Origin: Podarcis pityusensis
Taxonomy: Eukaryota
Length of the DNA stretch: 64,000 bases
Assembly: GCA_964106645.2 (NCBI GenBank)
Contig: OZ067038.1
Reading direction: 5' to 3' (one strand)
Position numbers and translations under genes: made by a program. Shown here in pieces: positions 37,427-51,860 of the stretch (within the stretch, counting starts at the first letter, position 1; each line of letters opens with the position of its first letter). The notes beneath the pieces are model-generated. The model had not been told where the DNA came from, made no database searches, and saw only the letters and a program-made list of their open reading frames with translations.

Positions 37427-39155
37427 CACCCAGATCTCTCACATTGTCCCAAAGGTTCCTCCATTACCTCCTGGAGCAGATTTGGGAGTGGGGATGCATG
37501 GAGGGACGCACGACAAAAATCACCTCTCACTCATTCTTCTGAAGGAAGCCCATGCTGGAAGAGCGAGCTACCATTTGCATAAGGACCATAACTGAATACA
37601 ACCCAATAGACTGGCACAGATCAGTCATAGTATTCATTACTAATACACTGTCAATTACTGTGCATTATGAACTTGAAGGCACTGCTTTCCATACAGTTCC
37701 ACAACACAGTGATTACTCCTGATTTAAGTACTAGTGGTTTTGCAAAAATAATGTGACCTCTTTTTAATGTCCTCCCCCACTCTTTGTTTTGATTCATATT
37801 CCTATTTGATCCACATTCATATTCTTACAGTGAAAATGGTGAAAGACGTGAGTGGTGCTTGGAGCAGTTTCAAAAGGAAAGGGGGGCCACACAGGATTCC
37901 CACTGATATGTGGGCTGCTTCACATGTTACTAATTAATAAACAAGACATTTATTTGTGTGTGTTTTTATGGGATCCTGTTGATATATGTGCCGGCTAGAT
38001 GTGTTTACTTAACCATGTGTACACTGCAAAAGAAGCCACTCAGAACTGCAACTGCCTCCCTTCTCCCTGCATCATGTTTTCATAGTGATATAAATGCTGG
38101 GATATGCTTAGCAGCTAGTAACTTCTGAAGTGGCCTTGAGGGCGAGTCTTCAGCTCCTTGTCCCCACACCCACTCCACCCATATAATTCACTGTATTTAT
38201 TATGTCCAGGCTCTGGGTGTCATTGCTTGCACAGCCAAAATACTGCCACCCATACAGAAGAGGTCTGTAGGCGAGCAACATTTTTGAAGAAAAAACTTGA
38301 GCTCCGCTGCCACAAAAAAGCTGATTACAAAAAAGCATGCTCACTGGCCATCAAATGCTGCTTGACTGGGCATGGCAGGGGGAGAGAAGGGAAGAGGTGG
38401 GAGGTGGAATGCCTTGAATTCTGAATGGCAGCACTCTACACTGCAACATTTTGTTGCAGATTCCACTTGTTATTTATTAGTTCCCTGTCCCTTGCACACA
38501 TGTGACCTACCAATCCTTAATCTTCCATGCTCTTTCCACTTCTCCTCTTAATCACCACATTCTTTTTTTAAAAAACCCAAACCCTCCAACTTCTTTGACT
38601 CTTTGGAAGCAGAATAAATTATGCAAAAGCAAAGAAATATATGCTTATTCCCAAGAGTATTTCGAGTACACAATCTGCATTACGGCCCTGCTTTTGTGCT
38701 CCCGTCTCTTCACATGTGTAAGCTACCACAGCTCAGAATTTTAGGTGCTGCTGAAATAACAATCCAGCACTGCTGGAAAAAATAAGACATAATAAACATT
38801 GGTGGGGGAAAGGAAATTGATCTCTGTGGTTTCACTGCTGACCCGGTTTCTAAATGCATCTTTCTCCTCCTGGGTAAAATCACCTGAGGTCTCAAGTACA
38901 CAACCATTATTTCACAATAATTGTAATGCCATTAGTGTTAACTAATTATAACACCATCATTAACTCCTGCCCATTGATGTAACCAAGGATCCCATGAGTT
39001 TTCATCTACAAAAGACACACAAGCTTATAGGACTGGTGATAAGGGATTCTTACCCAGTGACAGAATATTTATCCAACCGCCAGAGGTTAATAACCACCAC
39101 ACCCTTATTCCACAGCTGGCATTAATCCGCAGACCTCCAAAGCTGTATCACAATA

Positions 39156-39385
39156 CAGTGGAACTGTGGGTTGCAGACGTAATCTGTGACGGAGGCATGT
39201 CTGCAACCCACAGCGTTTGTAACCTGCAGCGCCGCGTCTGTGCACGCGCGTGATGCAATTTGGCACTTCTGTGCATGCGCAAGCGGCGAAACCCGGAAGT
39301 AACCCTTTCCGGTACTTCCGGGTTTCCCACGGTGTGCAACCTGAAAACGCGTAACCCGAAGCGTTTGTAACCCGAGGTACCACTG
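39156..39385. mobile_element. Tigger-like MITE
   Basis: TA-CAGTGG ... GAGGTACCACTG-TA; CpG-rich; related to 57975-58228. Confidence 0.82.
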
Positions 39386-39448
39386 TATGTGGAAGCAGAA
39401 AACAATTCAGCACTTAAACAGGCAGCTACAAATGTGCATCGCTGTTGC

Positions 39449-39598
39449 CAGTGCTTTTTTTTCTGGGGTGACGCAGGGGTACGGATACCCCTAAACATTT
39501 TGTGAATCTAAGTTTGGCCTCATTGAGAGGCAGTATTTCAATCTGAGTAGGAAAATGAGAGTATCCCTAAAAAAAAATTATGGGGAAAAAAAGCACTG
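39449..39598. mobile_element. hAT-type MITE
   Basis: TIR CAGTGCTTTTTTT; 8-bp TSD GCTGTTGC. Confidence 0.88.
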
Positions 39599-42242
39599 GC
39601 TGTTGCTATTCCTTGTGGCATTTTGCTAAATATATGGGCCTAGCTCTATACTATTTCAGTTTCCTTTATATAAAAATATCTAGCTTGCCATTTCTTTCTG
39701 TTCTGAACTATGCTGAGGGGGAGAGCTGCAATAATGGCTGGAACTGCTAGCAATGAAACTGCAGGTTATCATTGCAGATAATGTATGAATCCCAACAGGA
39801 AGGTTACAATTTGATGGGATGCTCCAACAAACACACACCCTATTTCAGGCCAAAGAGGTAGCTGGAGATTTCTGACATACTGCCCTATTTCACCCACAGA
39901 ACTTGCTAACAAGATTTCAGAACTATTTCATCTTTGGCAGTAGAGTTAATGGGCTTAAAGATAATCTGATTAGCTACATTCTGAAGCATTAAATCCATGG
40001 TTCTCATGTGTGAGGGGTGGGCCTCCCCCTAAGGAGCAGAAGGCAAATATGAGGGGAAATATAAGCCCCCCCCCCGTCTTCCCTGACATCACCAACAGAC
40101 CAGTTTTTCCTGTGCAACTCTGAACAAAGTACATGAGGAAAACGCAGGGTCACCAACCCCCATCTTTACCTCATAGTTCTAATGCAAGTGTTGGGGGCAT
40201 TTGCAGGGGAGAACAGGAAGGAAGAGGGAGGTATTGTTCAACCCCTCTCCTGCTTGTGAATTCTCTGCTGCATAACCAGGTTTCGGCAGCCTTACTGTCC
40301 TCCTGGTGTTTTGGACTACAACTCCTATCAGCGCCAACCAGTATGGCCACACTGGCTGGGGATCGTGGGGGTATTAAGCCAAGATATGGAGGGAATGGCA
40401 GTGGGATAGGGGTGGAACAAAAGGCTGGAAGGCAAATGATTCAACTGAAATTAAGCAAGTCTGAGTCTGGTCAGTGCCTGGGTGGGAGACCACCAATGGT
40501 TGTGTATACACCATACATTTAAAGCACATGACTTTTCCCTTGCCCAAATATTTCTGGGAATTGTAGTTTGTTAAGGCTGCTGGGAATTGTAGCTCTGTAA
40601 AGGGTAATGTTCCCAGGAGTCTTGAGTGGTGAGAGGCATGTGCCCCTCACAAATGTATGGTGTGAAGAGCTTATGTACACTGCCCTCAATTTCCTTGCAG
40701 AGGAAACACAAGTTAGATAGATAATCAATCAATCAATCAATCAATCCCACCCATCCGAGGCTGGCCTCCAAGCCCATGTGTAGTCTTCGAAAGCAAGCAG
40801 TTGTGTGGTCAATAGCTGCTATGTCATCAAATGCTGTGACAGAATGGCAATCATCAGAGGTGACTCTGGCGAGCGGACTCATTTGCAAGGTAAGGGACAT
40901 TATCATGAGAGGGTCTTGTGCAGCTGATTGTCAAACGTAAGAGCACAGAGAAGGTATCGCAATTCCTTCAGAGGCTGTTTTCACTACTCCTTTAAAAAGG
41001 CAGTGGGAAAGGCATGCATTGCTAAACTATTTGACAGAACAGGTGAAAGATCATTGCAAGCCACCCATCAACCACAATTACTGTGACTGTTCCAACTGTT
41101 ACCACAAATCTTCTTTCACTCAGTTTACCAGGTTCAAAAATGATGAGCCCTGTTGAATTAAGACAGGGCAAGCAAGTAGAACAACAGGAGAGAATGCATA
41201 TGGCTCCACATTCACTGACCACTGTAATGGAGGTAGTGACGTGGGGCGGAAGTTTCCCACTCCTTTATTTTTCTGAGGGAAACTTTTCTGTTCTTATTAG
41301 TAACAGTGAATGGATGCCAAATGCAAATTCAGTATTAGGCAAGCATGGCAGTTTCAAAGTGTTTAGTTTTGTTAATTTGAATGTGAGTAAATTAAATATG
41401 CTAAATTAGATCACTGTGCAGGCCCTACAGTGTAAACTGAGATTTTTCTTATGCAAATTACTCTATACAAGTTAGCCAGATTTGCATAGGAAAATTTCCT
41501 AATTCAAAAGTTTTGGTAAAACTTACTAGCACAAAAACGAGGACTTTCCACTTATAATCAACATCATTGATAGAAATGAGAGAACAAAGGGTGTAAGAAC
41601 AGAATCAGTTGTTGATTATTCTATGAAGGAAATGTTAGAGGTGTTAAGGGATTCTCACATATTAATGCTTTTATTATATGTTGCAGAACTTCGGTGAGGC
41701 AGCAGTTACGAGTCTTAACCTCAACCTGACTGGCTTAAGGTATGATCGCTCTGAGTTGTCTTCGAATTGTATCTCACTGGTCAGCTACTGCCCACCTTAA
41801 ACCAGGAGTGCAGGTGGCTGAGAGGCAGAGAGAGCAAGTGTTTTGAGCCCTCTGTAGCAGACAAAAGAGAGTTCCTCACTGCAAAGTCTAAGCTGTCAAT
41901 ACATGGTTCTTCTGGATGCCCTCCATGCCAGAAAAAGGTGCAGTTATTATCTCGGAGGCTGCTATTTGAAGTAACTCTGTTTTTTTTGTAGAGAGGCAAT
42001 GTCAGTATTGAGCATTTTCAGCTCACGGTCAATGATGGCCATTTTCTGCGAGTCGTTGACCTGCAACAGGTCTGTGGATAAGCCAGGACACATGGTCCTG
42101 ACATTCCACCTTGCTAGGCAGAAGAGGGTTTGTTTCTTTTCTTTTTCTTTTTGCCTGGTGAAGAAGTTCAATCTGCTTGTCGAGTGATACTCTCAGATCC
42201 AAGCACCCACTGAAGCAGGCAGATATTGGCACTTTGTCTTCA

Positions 42243-42454
42243 AAGACTCCCTGGAAAAGACCCTGGTGTTGGGAAAGATGGAGGGCACAAGGAGAAGGGG
42301 ACGACAGAGGACGAGATGGTTGGACAGTGTTCTCAAAGCTACCAACATGAGTTTGACCAAACTGCGGGAGGCAGTGGAAGACAGGAGTGCCTGGTGTGCT
42401 CTGGTCCATGGGGTCACGAAGAGTCGGACACGACTGAACGACTAAACAACAACA
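42243..42454 (+). mobile_element. RTE-BovB LINE 3' end
   Basis: ctggaaaagaccctg...gagatggttggac...gtccatggggtcacgaagagtcggacacgactgaacgactaaacaacaac. Confidence 0.9.
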
Positions 42455-43988
42455 GGTGAGAAGAACTTCCCACTCCTCCCCTTTAATTTCTCACAGTCCA
42501 CCACCCCAGGAACTTTTCTCCCAACCAGATCATTACTGGAAGTGGACTGGGCCAGGAGAAAAATGCCCTTAAGGATGGAGTGTGGAGAGTTAAAGTGGAG
42601 GAGGGAATAGGTTCAGCTCTCAGCACACACCTTCTGGTGTAAAAATCAGACCCTCCCGCCATTTAAATGTGAACAGGGCAGAATAAACCAGTATGGCTGC
42701 GCTTGGGGCTGCATCTCTCTCATCACTTACCCTAAATGCATAAGCCTCACCCTAAATGCTTCACCCTCCCATTTAAACAAATGGGGTTTAAACACACATA
42801 ATTCTGGCTGACTCATGCCCTTTATCAGCTGGTGTCTTTTAGCAGAAGCATAATCTGACTACTTTGACATAATTTGGGTAAAACTAATTGTTGGCAGGTA
42901 CACCTGTACTAATCCAGCACATGCTAAAAGGAGGGGTATAAAAGCTAAGCCTACAATTGCAGAGAAGCAAGTGTGTTTTCCTAAAAAACACACACACTAA
43001 ACTCAACAATTTTTAAAAACTCAACAACTTTAGGGGTGTCCAGATTTTTACTTCTTGAAATATGGCAACCCTACTGTATGGGGAAGGGGAGAACAGAAAG
43101 ATTTATTATGGGACAGTGAATGACAAAACTGAAACATAAATTGACAATAGTGCTGATCTGGTCTGGATCGCTTGCTAATTGGTCACTAAAACTGCTGTAC
43201 ACACTGAGGATACAGATGACTGGAAAACAGGATAATTAGCTAAAATACATGTAATTTGCAGGCTAGGATATAAAGCCACTATAGAGATTATGTGAAGAAT
43301 GCAAACTATTCATTTTTAGGGATTATGTTTAACTCACTTATCTCTGTTTATAACAACAGTCTCAGGCAAATAAATATTTCTGACCGGGGATTTCCTTTTA
43401 AAAGAAAAAGTATTCAAAACAGAGGGTGACTATTTACTGAAGCAAGTTAAACAACTTGTTTTATACATGGGTGGTACAAAATTGGAAAGTTGGCAATTTC
43501 CCCAGAAAAAAACCTAGTTCAGAAGAGGACACTGAGTAAGATCTAGTTTATACACCACTACAACCTATATTTACCAGGGCTCTGCCCAGAACAAGGAACT
43601 GGGAAAAATAAAAACTATTATTATAACGAAGTAAATGTTGTATACTTAATTTAGCAATTGTGTAGATTTTAGTTTAAACTTGAGTAAGCTAATCAAAACA
43701 AAAAAGCTCAAGGTGGGCTAGCTGGCACCCCAAAATATTTCTAAATCAGTGTGTTTTTCTCCTCCTTCCTTGTTAAACAAGTATTACCTTTGCATTGCAA
43801 AGTGAGAAAAGGATGATCAAATATTGAAGAACCCCAGGAGACAAATGCTGTGATAATTCTAGAGACTCAACTGCTTAGTTGAGCTGGTTAGCAAAGAGAT
43901 CATTTCTTCTTATCTGGTGATTCCTTTCTCGTAGAGGACTTTAACATGTAGGCGGTGCTCCCCAATCCTGCTCACATTTTCAGACACA

Positions 43989-44028
<40 letters not shown>

Positions 44029-44309
44029 AGCAGATGCAAATTGCCTTTCTCCAAGCGAATAAGGAAGACTGCAAGGTCTGAATTAGGGCAGTGACAAACT
44101 ACAGTGACTACTGAATGTGTCTGCCCAAATGTTTTCAAAAGGGTGGCGGGGGGGGGGTGGAATGCCAGAGCCAAAATGACCTTTGCCCCATGATTCCAAA
44201 TAAATACCTGCACAAAAACAGGGTTGACTGACTTTTCACTTCTTCTTTTATTCCAATCCTGCTTCCACACAGAAATAGGAGGCTAGGCCGTCTTGAAAGA
44301 AAGGTAAGG

Positions 44310-45060
44310 GTACATTGGTGCAAGAACCTGAGCTGAGTGAGTGCATGAAAGTTCTGGCCCAGTGCCTGGATGCAGTGCTGGGCTCAATGTGGGCCAATAA
44401 ACTAAATTTAAATCCTGGCAAGACAGGAGCACTACGGATGAGACGTTCCCATATCAGGGAGATAAGCCAGTTGGGGTGGAACTCGTTTTGAAGGAGCAGG
44501 TACACAGTACTCTTGGCTCCAGCTCAGTCACTTGAGGTTCAGTGGTGAAGAATGCCTTTTACCAGCTTCAGCCAGTATCCCCACCACAACCATTCCTGGA
44601 TTGGGATAGATTAGCTATGGTGGTTCAAAAGCACAGGTAACCTTGAGGATACCTGTCTCTATCTATGTGAGGTAGATTCTGCAGCCTGGATGTTATACAT
44701 TGTCAGTTGCCCACGCCCAATAACACCTGTGATGAGGGACTTGCACTGACTGTCAGTAAACGACCAAAGCTATCTTCAAGGACTTACTATTAGTACATAA
44801 TAAAGCCCTGAACAACCCAAGGTCAGTGCACTTAAAATATCACCGCATCCCCTATACCCTTGCCCTGTCTTTGCGATCAGCCACTGAGGCAAGTCTGACT
44901 GCTCCTGGCAGTATAAGACTGTCCTCAACAAGCAGCTGTGCTTGTTTGGTGGCACCAGGATTATCGAACTCTACCAAATGAAATCAAATGCCAGTTGTCT
45001 GTACAATGAGTTTCAGGCGTCAACTTAAGGCTTCATTATCTCAGCAAGCCTTCATATGAA
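44310..45060 (+). mobile_element. Degraded L2 3' fragment
   Basis: Diverged match to 31363-32144 (aaactaaatttaaatcctggcaagacagga; aacacctgtgatgagggacttgcactg). Confidence 0.65.
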
Positions 45061-45231
45061 AATGAATTATTATTCTTATAACCTTCATATCAGATGATCC
45101 ATTTTGTTCACTTCCATTCCTTTAATGTACTTTGCTTTGATCTTATTAGTCATATTGTTTTGGTTTTAACTGAAGTATAGATACCACGTAGATATATGTT
45201 TATTGATTCTGCGGTATATAAAAGAATACCA

Positions 45232-45515
45232 AAGAAGAAGGAGAAGGAGAAGGAGAAGGAGAAGAAGAAGAAGAAGAAGAAGAAGAAGAAGAAGAAGAAG
45301 ACCAGCTCAAAAAAAAGCGGATCAAATATAAAAAACAGATTTGCTACCTTTTGTTAATGGTTAAAATGCCAATGAAGAAGAAGAAGAAGAAGAAGAAGAA
45401 GAAGAAGAAGAAGAAGAAGAAGAAGAAGAAGAAGAAGAAGAAGACCAGCTCAAAAAAAAGCGGATCAAATATAAAAAACAGATTTGCTACCTTTTGTTAA
45501 TGGTTAAAATGCCAA
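45232..45515. repeat. Two (GAA)n tracts, each followed by an identical 72-bp segment (143-bp period)
   Basis: 45301-45372 is identical to 45444-45515. Confidence 0.95.
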
Positions 45516-48500
45516 AGGAGAATAACTCATCATCAAACGATGTGCCACATCACTCCCAGAATCTGCAACTCCAAACAAAAGTGGATGTGTGGCACCAAGG
45601 TGATTTGGGGTTCCAATTTATGGAAAGCAGCCTCCACCACCCTGAGCAGTTCCAGAAATTGCTTCTGAGAGTAACAGCACCATGCAAAGTTGCACAAGGA
45701 ACAGGTGCCTGGCACAGATGGCTGAACACTATGGATTAGCAAGTGATCAAACAATGAAAAGGAAAGGATAAACCTGGATCATTTATTCTGTTGATTGTAG
45801 TTTAAGCCTGAATTACATGAAATGCTTTATAATTTAGCAGCAAATGCACTGTAGCAAGCACGTCACAAAAGAAAGGCGCTGCTGTGATTGGATTTTGTTC
45901 CATTAAAATGTCTGAAGAATTTATTGCTGGGGTGAAAGAAGGTGGGCATGAATTAATAAAGGCAACCAGCTTTCTATGGCTAACACCTGGATATTCCCCC
46001 CACTCCCTGTTTTGATCTCTTAAGAATTCCTTGCCTCCTTAGGCTTGAGCGAAGTAAATACCATGGATCAGGGAAGACCACACACACCATAACAAGGTAT
46101 TTCAGGCAGAAAGGGCATTTTCTGAAGAAATTATGTGGGGAGGTGGACTCTTAAGAAATAATCAGGCAATACAATGGAGAAGCCTGTTACAAGCTAAACC
46201 GCAGTACCGCTAGTGCAAACCCTATAATTTATTATAATCCATCACAAGAAGGGGAAGGAACCAGCATGGGGGGAGGGGGGGGTTTGCTGGAATTTCAGCA
46301 TCTGGCTCCATCCATCAACCTTGTGGGAAAATCCTCCCGCCACTCCCTGGGTCATTCTGAATCAGGCCTTCAGCCTCCCATTCAACAAGGGAAGAAAAGG
46401 GACAATAGCTATTCAAGACCTTGCCAGGGTCACAACCCCTCTACCATCAGAACTCCTTAATGACCCCAAACAACAACATTCATAGCAACTGGAGAGGGAG
46501 AGGAGGGGAGACAGGCAGAACAATCGCTCATTCAGTCTGGGGTGTGAGGGGATTTCTGCCCACCCTCCTCAGAGGCAGCTTCTCAACAGGATATTGACAG
46601 CATTCCCCTTTCTCAAGGAGCCAGTAGATCTTTGGCTGCCAAAAACCGGCCTGGTATCCTAACCTTAAAAAAGATCTGAACAACCCCACTCACATTTAAT
46701 GGGATCTGGCCTATGTTCACATGCATAAATACTCCAGTTTTAATGGATTTTTAATGCACTTTTGTGTCTATCTGTTCTCAATCAGAGGAGTTTAAAGAGC
46801 ACCGGGAACAGAATTACACCTTGTCCTTGAAAGAGTATGTCCTCCCTCCCCCCCCCCACCTGAAGTGTCAGTCCAGGTAAATTTTAGTGTGCCTTCCATT
46901 AGTCATGGCAAAAAATGATGAAGACTTCACACATTACGGGGGGGGGGGGGATTGTACCTGAATACCCACAGTGTTCCTCAAAATATGTGAAAGGCAACCT
47001 TATTTCTTCACCCTGTGTCTATGCAGTATGCACACGATGCAGGGAGTGGTAACCAACCCCAGGTCCTGGCAGCATGCACACTTAGTAAAATAGAGAAGAG
47101 TAGTCCTAAAGTGTGGAATAGGAATTCTAATTTGTATTAGTGACTGTATTTATTCTGCAGTAATTAATTTAGAACGGACTAAGTCTGGAGTACCGTAATT
47201 ACATATATTCAATTCATGGAGGATAAAACCATCAATGGCTATGAGTCCTGGTGGCAATTTTGCCTCTAGTAACACACTCAGGTGCTGGGGACCATGAGCA
47301 AGACAGTGCTGTTGAGTTCATATCCTCCTTTTTGGGTTTCCCATAAAAGCTGCTTGATACAGAATCCGTTCATTGGTTCATCTAGCCCTGTGCTATCTGG
47401 AAATGCCAGGGATCAAACACAAGACCTTCTGCATGCAAAGCAGATGTCCTACCACTCAAGCAGTGGCATCTTGTTGGCAACAGCGAGAACAAAAAGCTGA
47501 ACTAGAGAGGTCTTTGGCCTGATCCAACTTGGTTCTTCTTAATGTTAGTATTGTCTTGTGAACAGTCTCTGAAAAGAGCAAAAAGCACTGGGGTGGTTGG
47601 GATGGGGACCAGACCATGAAGCTGTTACAGCTCCCACCTCACTCTTGAGAAGACTTTAGTTCGAATAAGGTGGACTGCTGGAAATGGCCTCTGTATGATG
47701 ACTTACTACCCATCATGGCTGGATTCTGTACTACTGCTGCTATAACAGGGACATGTCAGATGAGGAGGAACAGAGAAAGGGAGAGCAGTGCTAACAGAGA
47801 TATGAAGGCCTGGGAAATTTTCTCCTCCTGTTCATTTCCCCCCAAACTGGGGGGGGGGGCATAGAAAAATAGGTGGAAAATTGGGGTCCCCTCCAATTTT
47901 TCTGTACCCCGCCAGAAGCCTTCACATGTCTAGTGCTGCACCTTACAGCAGCAACTTATTGGGCAAGTATTCACAGTAAGAATTATTTCAACCAGTCTTC
48001 ACGTGACGCTCATCAAACTTATGAGCCCACGCTTACTGGAATTTATGGGATTTATATTTCTTTCTTTAAAAATTCAAAATATTTGCTACCCACACTTCAT
48101 CAAAAGATGCCACGATGGAGCACAGGAGTGTGAATAAAAAATAATTCACACAAAACATATACACACAATTTAAATCCAACATGTAAATGTAGCAAAATAT
48201 TGGAAAACAAAAACAAATTAAACCCAAACAGCTAAAGAGCAAACCAGAAAGAAAGAAAAAAGTATCTGAAATGCTAAAACACTTCTCTTGGTGCTTAAAA
48301 GCTTGTAGTCTCTTTCTCATACACAAACCCACCATGCTCTTTAATGGTTTTACCCAAGTCTCTTGCTGCCTCCTTATTCAAATATTTTTTGAATTCAAAT
48401 ATTTTTTGAAGTATAGGATGCAGGGGTTATGTTCTTTATTCAGACCTGGAAAGCAAGCTAGATGATGAACTGTACTATATAATTCATCAGACCTAGTGCA

Positions 48501-51500
48501 ATGTGTTGAATCAACCAGGGTTCAAATATGAACTCAACCATGGCTTTATAGGACACCTGAAAGGCACTGTGGATAGACTTGTCTGTCTTAACCAAGGAGA
48601 TGTGGGTTCAAGTCCCCACTCAGTCATGAAACGTAATAGGTGACTTCACCTAAGGCTACTGTGAGAATAAAATAAGGTACCTTTAATAAGATATAAGTCT
48701 TTGATATGTCCCTCAGGACATGGTCTTACAGCTGGATTCACTCATGCAATGCATTTAATCGGTCATGTGTGGGAAATTCTGCCTGCACTAATTCTCCTCC
48801 CATCCACTGTTGACATGGCCACTGTAACCCCCATCTGTAAAATGGGAGGAATAACAAATTCACAAGTGAGTTGAAGTCCTACAAAACACCCTGAATATCA
48901 AAAGTGAAATATAAGGACAAAGGAATGAGTCTCTAGATAAAATTCTAAACATAATGGGCAGAAATCCTTTACTGTTCTTTCCTCAGGCAAATGAATGCCT
49001 CCCCTAACTGCAGAGACCCTGCTAGATTTGAAGGAAACTTTTGTTTATTTGTTGGTATTCTTCTTCAGCCTTTCCTTTTCCAAGAGCAAAGCAAACATTA
49101 ATCTCTGCCTGTCTCAGAGCTGACAAAGGCCTATAGACAGGCCGGCAGCCTGCCTGGCCCACTTTCTTTCCTGACCCACTGGCTCTAGCGCCAAGATGGG
49201 ACGAGCTTAGACTTCAAAATTAGTTTGACTTTGCTTCAGCAAAATTCAGCGAGGGAGGTGGAAGGACAGGCAGACACATGGCTCTTATCACCGTGGCAAC
49301 CACTCAAAGAGGAGAAGGACAGTGCTTTTATTCAAGAGGAAGGGAGTGAGTTCAGGGAAGGGGTGGGGAGCGAGGGAGCCCAGGCCACCACCACACAGAC
49401 AAGAGGTGGCCTGCATGCTAATGGCTCGGGAGCAAAAGCACACCCTGCAGTGCTAACTCCTTCAGTAGTAATTGCATCACAATGTTCGGCCCACATCCGC
49501 CATGCTGAGGAATGGGGTGGCCAGAATGCTAGTTTTAGAGGCACCATCCACATCTATACAAATGTACAGATATGCACAACCAAATTCTGCAGATGATCCA
49601 TCAATATCAGTGCAATTGTTGCATCCTTCACAATTTTCCTTTATCAGGATGGCAAAAGCTCTGCCTATAAATTCCTATCAGTGTGTGTGTGTAAACACTA
49701 TAACTTGGGCATTAAAGTGCCCAATGAAATTGATCAGTCACAACTGGAGGACAAACTCTCTCTAACTATCTCTTCACGCAATGCATACTCAGCTTACAAA
49801 GTTCATTTCCACATGGTTTATGGATGGTCACCAACCACCAATTCCTTTTTTAAATGGGCGAGTTGAATTCATGGAGGATAGGATAAGATCACCATAGGCA
49901 AATGGTACCGCACACACCTCTCTCAAGTCAACGTGATTAGGATCAAATACTTGCCATGTTATTTTGGTGCCAGAGACACAAAATCCAAAAGTGCCACTCC
50001 TTGAGAGTAAAAATATGTTGATTCAAATTGAATAACTTAACAAGTTTCTGTCCCTTTTATGACACTAAAATTCAGCTGCCTGGGGCAGCTGCCTCTCTCT
50101 GCTTAACGGTAGGACTGCCCCTGACAGACATAGCAATCTCTCGCAAGTTCACAGTGTAAGCTTTCCCATAGCATCTGGCTAGTGCACAGAATGCTCAGCT
50201 AGATTATTTTTTGCCTTGCAAGGCCAGACCATTCTCATGTTTTTACAGGTTCTGGGCACTCAAACACGGCAACCCCTGAACCAGGATATTAGGGGTGGCT
50301 AGCCTGTGGCTCTCCAGATGTTGCTGGACTCCAACTCCCAACAGCTCCAGCCAGCATGGCCAATAGTCAGGGATGATGAGAACTGTAGTTCAGAAACATC
50401 TGGCATGCTGAAGGTTAGCTATCCCTTCAGTTGATGAATATCTGATAAGTCAGGCAATAAGTTTAACCTTACAAGTCTGTTTCACAATCGACAGGTGGAA
50501 AGCCACAATCAAGACTTTGCCTGTTGCCTTGCTTTGCTACTGCCTTTGCCTCAGCATCCATCTGCTGCTCACTGATAGTTTCTTATGACATGATATATGT
50601 GTGCTGATATGCGTGAATATGTTGCATCAAAATGGCAGCTGAAGGGGTGCTGGGAGCCACAGCAAGCAGTAGGCATGTAAGACAGGTAATAGCTCTTTTA
50701 CTGAGTGTCCAAGGCAGTACATCTTCATTACCTTGTTAATCCTTGGGCAGGCCATATTAACACTCCTTCTAACAATCCTGTTACGTGCCATATTAATTAG
50801 CAAGACTAAATAAAGAATACTAAAAGCCTGAAGGAACAAAGCTTTTTTGGAAGGAGTTCCACAACCAGTGTCCCACAACTAAAAAGGCCCTGGATGGACT
50901 AAAACTGTCCAGCTTGGGCTGACGTTGACATATGAATCAGGAATACCCACTCCATAGTTCACACTCTTAACTTGCTCTACCACTTGCTATACCACTAGTA
51001 TAGCAGAGCTAGATTTCCAGACTGGGGTTCCTAACATATGCATTCCAGGCAGCTATTGCACTGCTCCAAGCAGCACACAAACAGTCCCATAAGTCTTCTG
51101 TGCTCCTAACACTTTATCCACACACCAAACATTCTTTATGTGGGTGCCCATATTTCATGCAGAGAGGAAGAAAGCATGCATCAAGGCTCTGAGATGAATT
51201 TCATTTCACAGTTGTGAGGTAATTTCAGCTCTGCAGGGATGAATGCCTCCACTTCACAGCCTGCCTTCAAGGCCGGGCTTCAAAGGGTACAGCAGAAGCA
51301 AGGCAACTAGGCCTTATCGTGGAAAGGCCCCAGAATACTCAACTCTCATGATTCCAGAGGGGAAATAAAGCATTATTGGGTGGATGGGTGCATTTTTGGC
51401 CCCTGGGTGGGGGGTACATATAGCAATGGGAGGACGCTTAGGTAGGTGGGTGTCACAACTGTTTGGTGGGCTGGGAGGAGCATGATTTACATAGCACTCC

Positions 51501-51609
51501 CAAACCCTGGCAGGAAAGTATTTGTGGCAGTAAATTCTGTGGCAGGGCAGCGTGGGCACCTGAAACAAGCCATACAGATGGTGTGTGAAGGCGAAATGTT
51601 ACTTGCAGG

Positions 51610-51860
51610 ATGCCCAGATAAGATCTAGAACCATTTTAGTCATGCTAGTTGACAACCTTCAGCAGGAGACAAATGGAGGGAGTGTGTCCCTGTTGAACCT
51701 TGCAGACTTTTCTTCAGCTCTCAGAACCATCTCCCATGGTATCCTTCCAGACTGCCTGACAGGCATCTGCTTCTAACAGATAGGCTGGTAGCTGAAGGGG
51801 GTGACAGGAAATTGTGGCTCTAACCTTATGGGAATTAACCTGTGGAGTGCCACACCTTTC
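51610..51860 (+). mobile_element. Degraded L2 RT fragment
   Basis: LVDNLQQETNGGSVSLLNLADFSSALRTISHGILPDCL resembles the L2 RT segment LLDLSAAFDTIDH. Confidence 0.6.
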
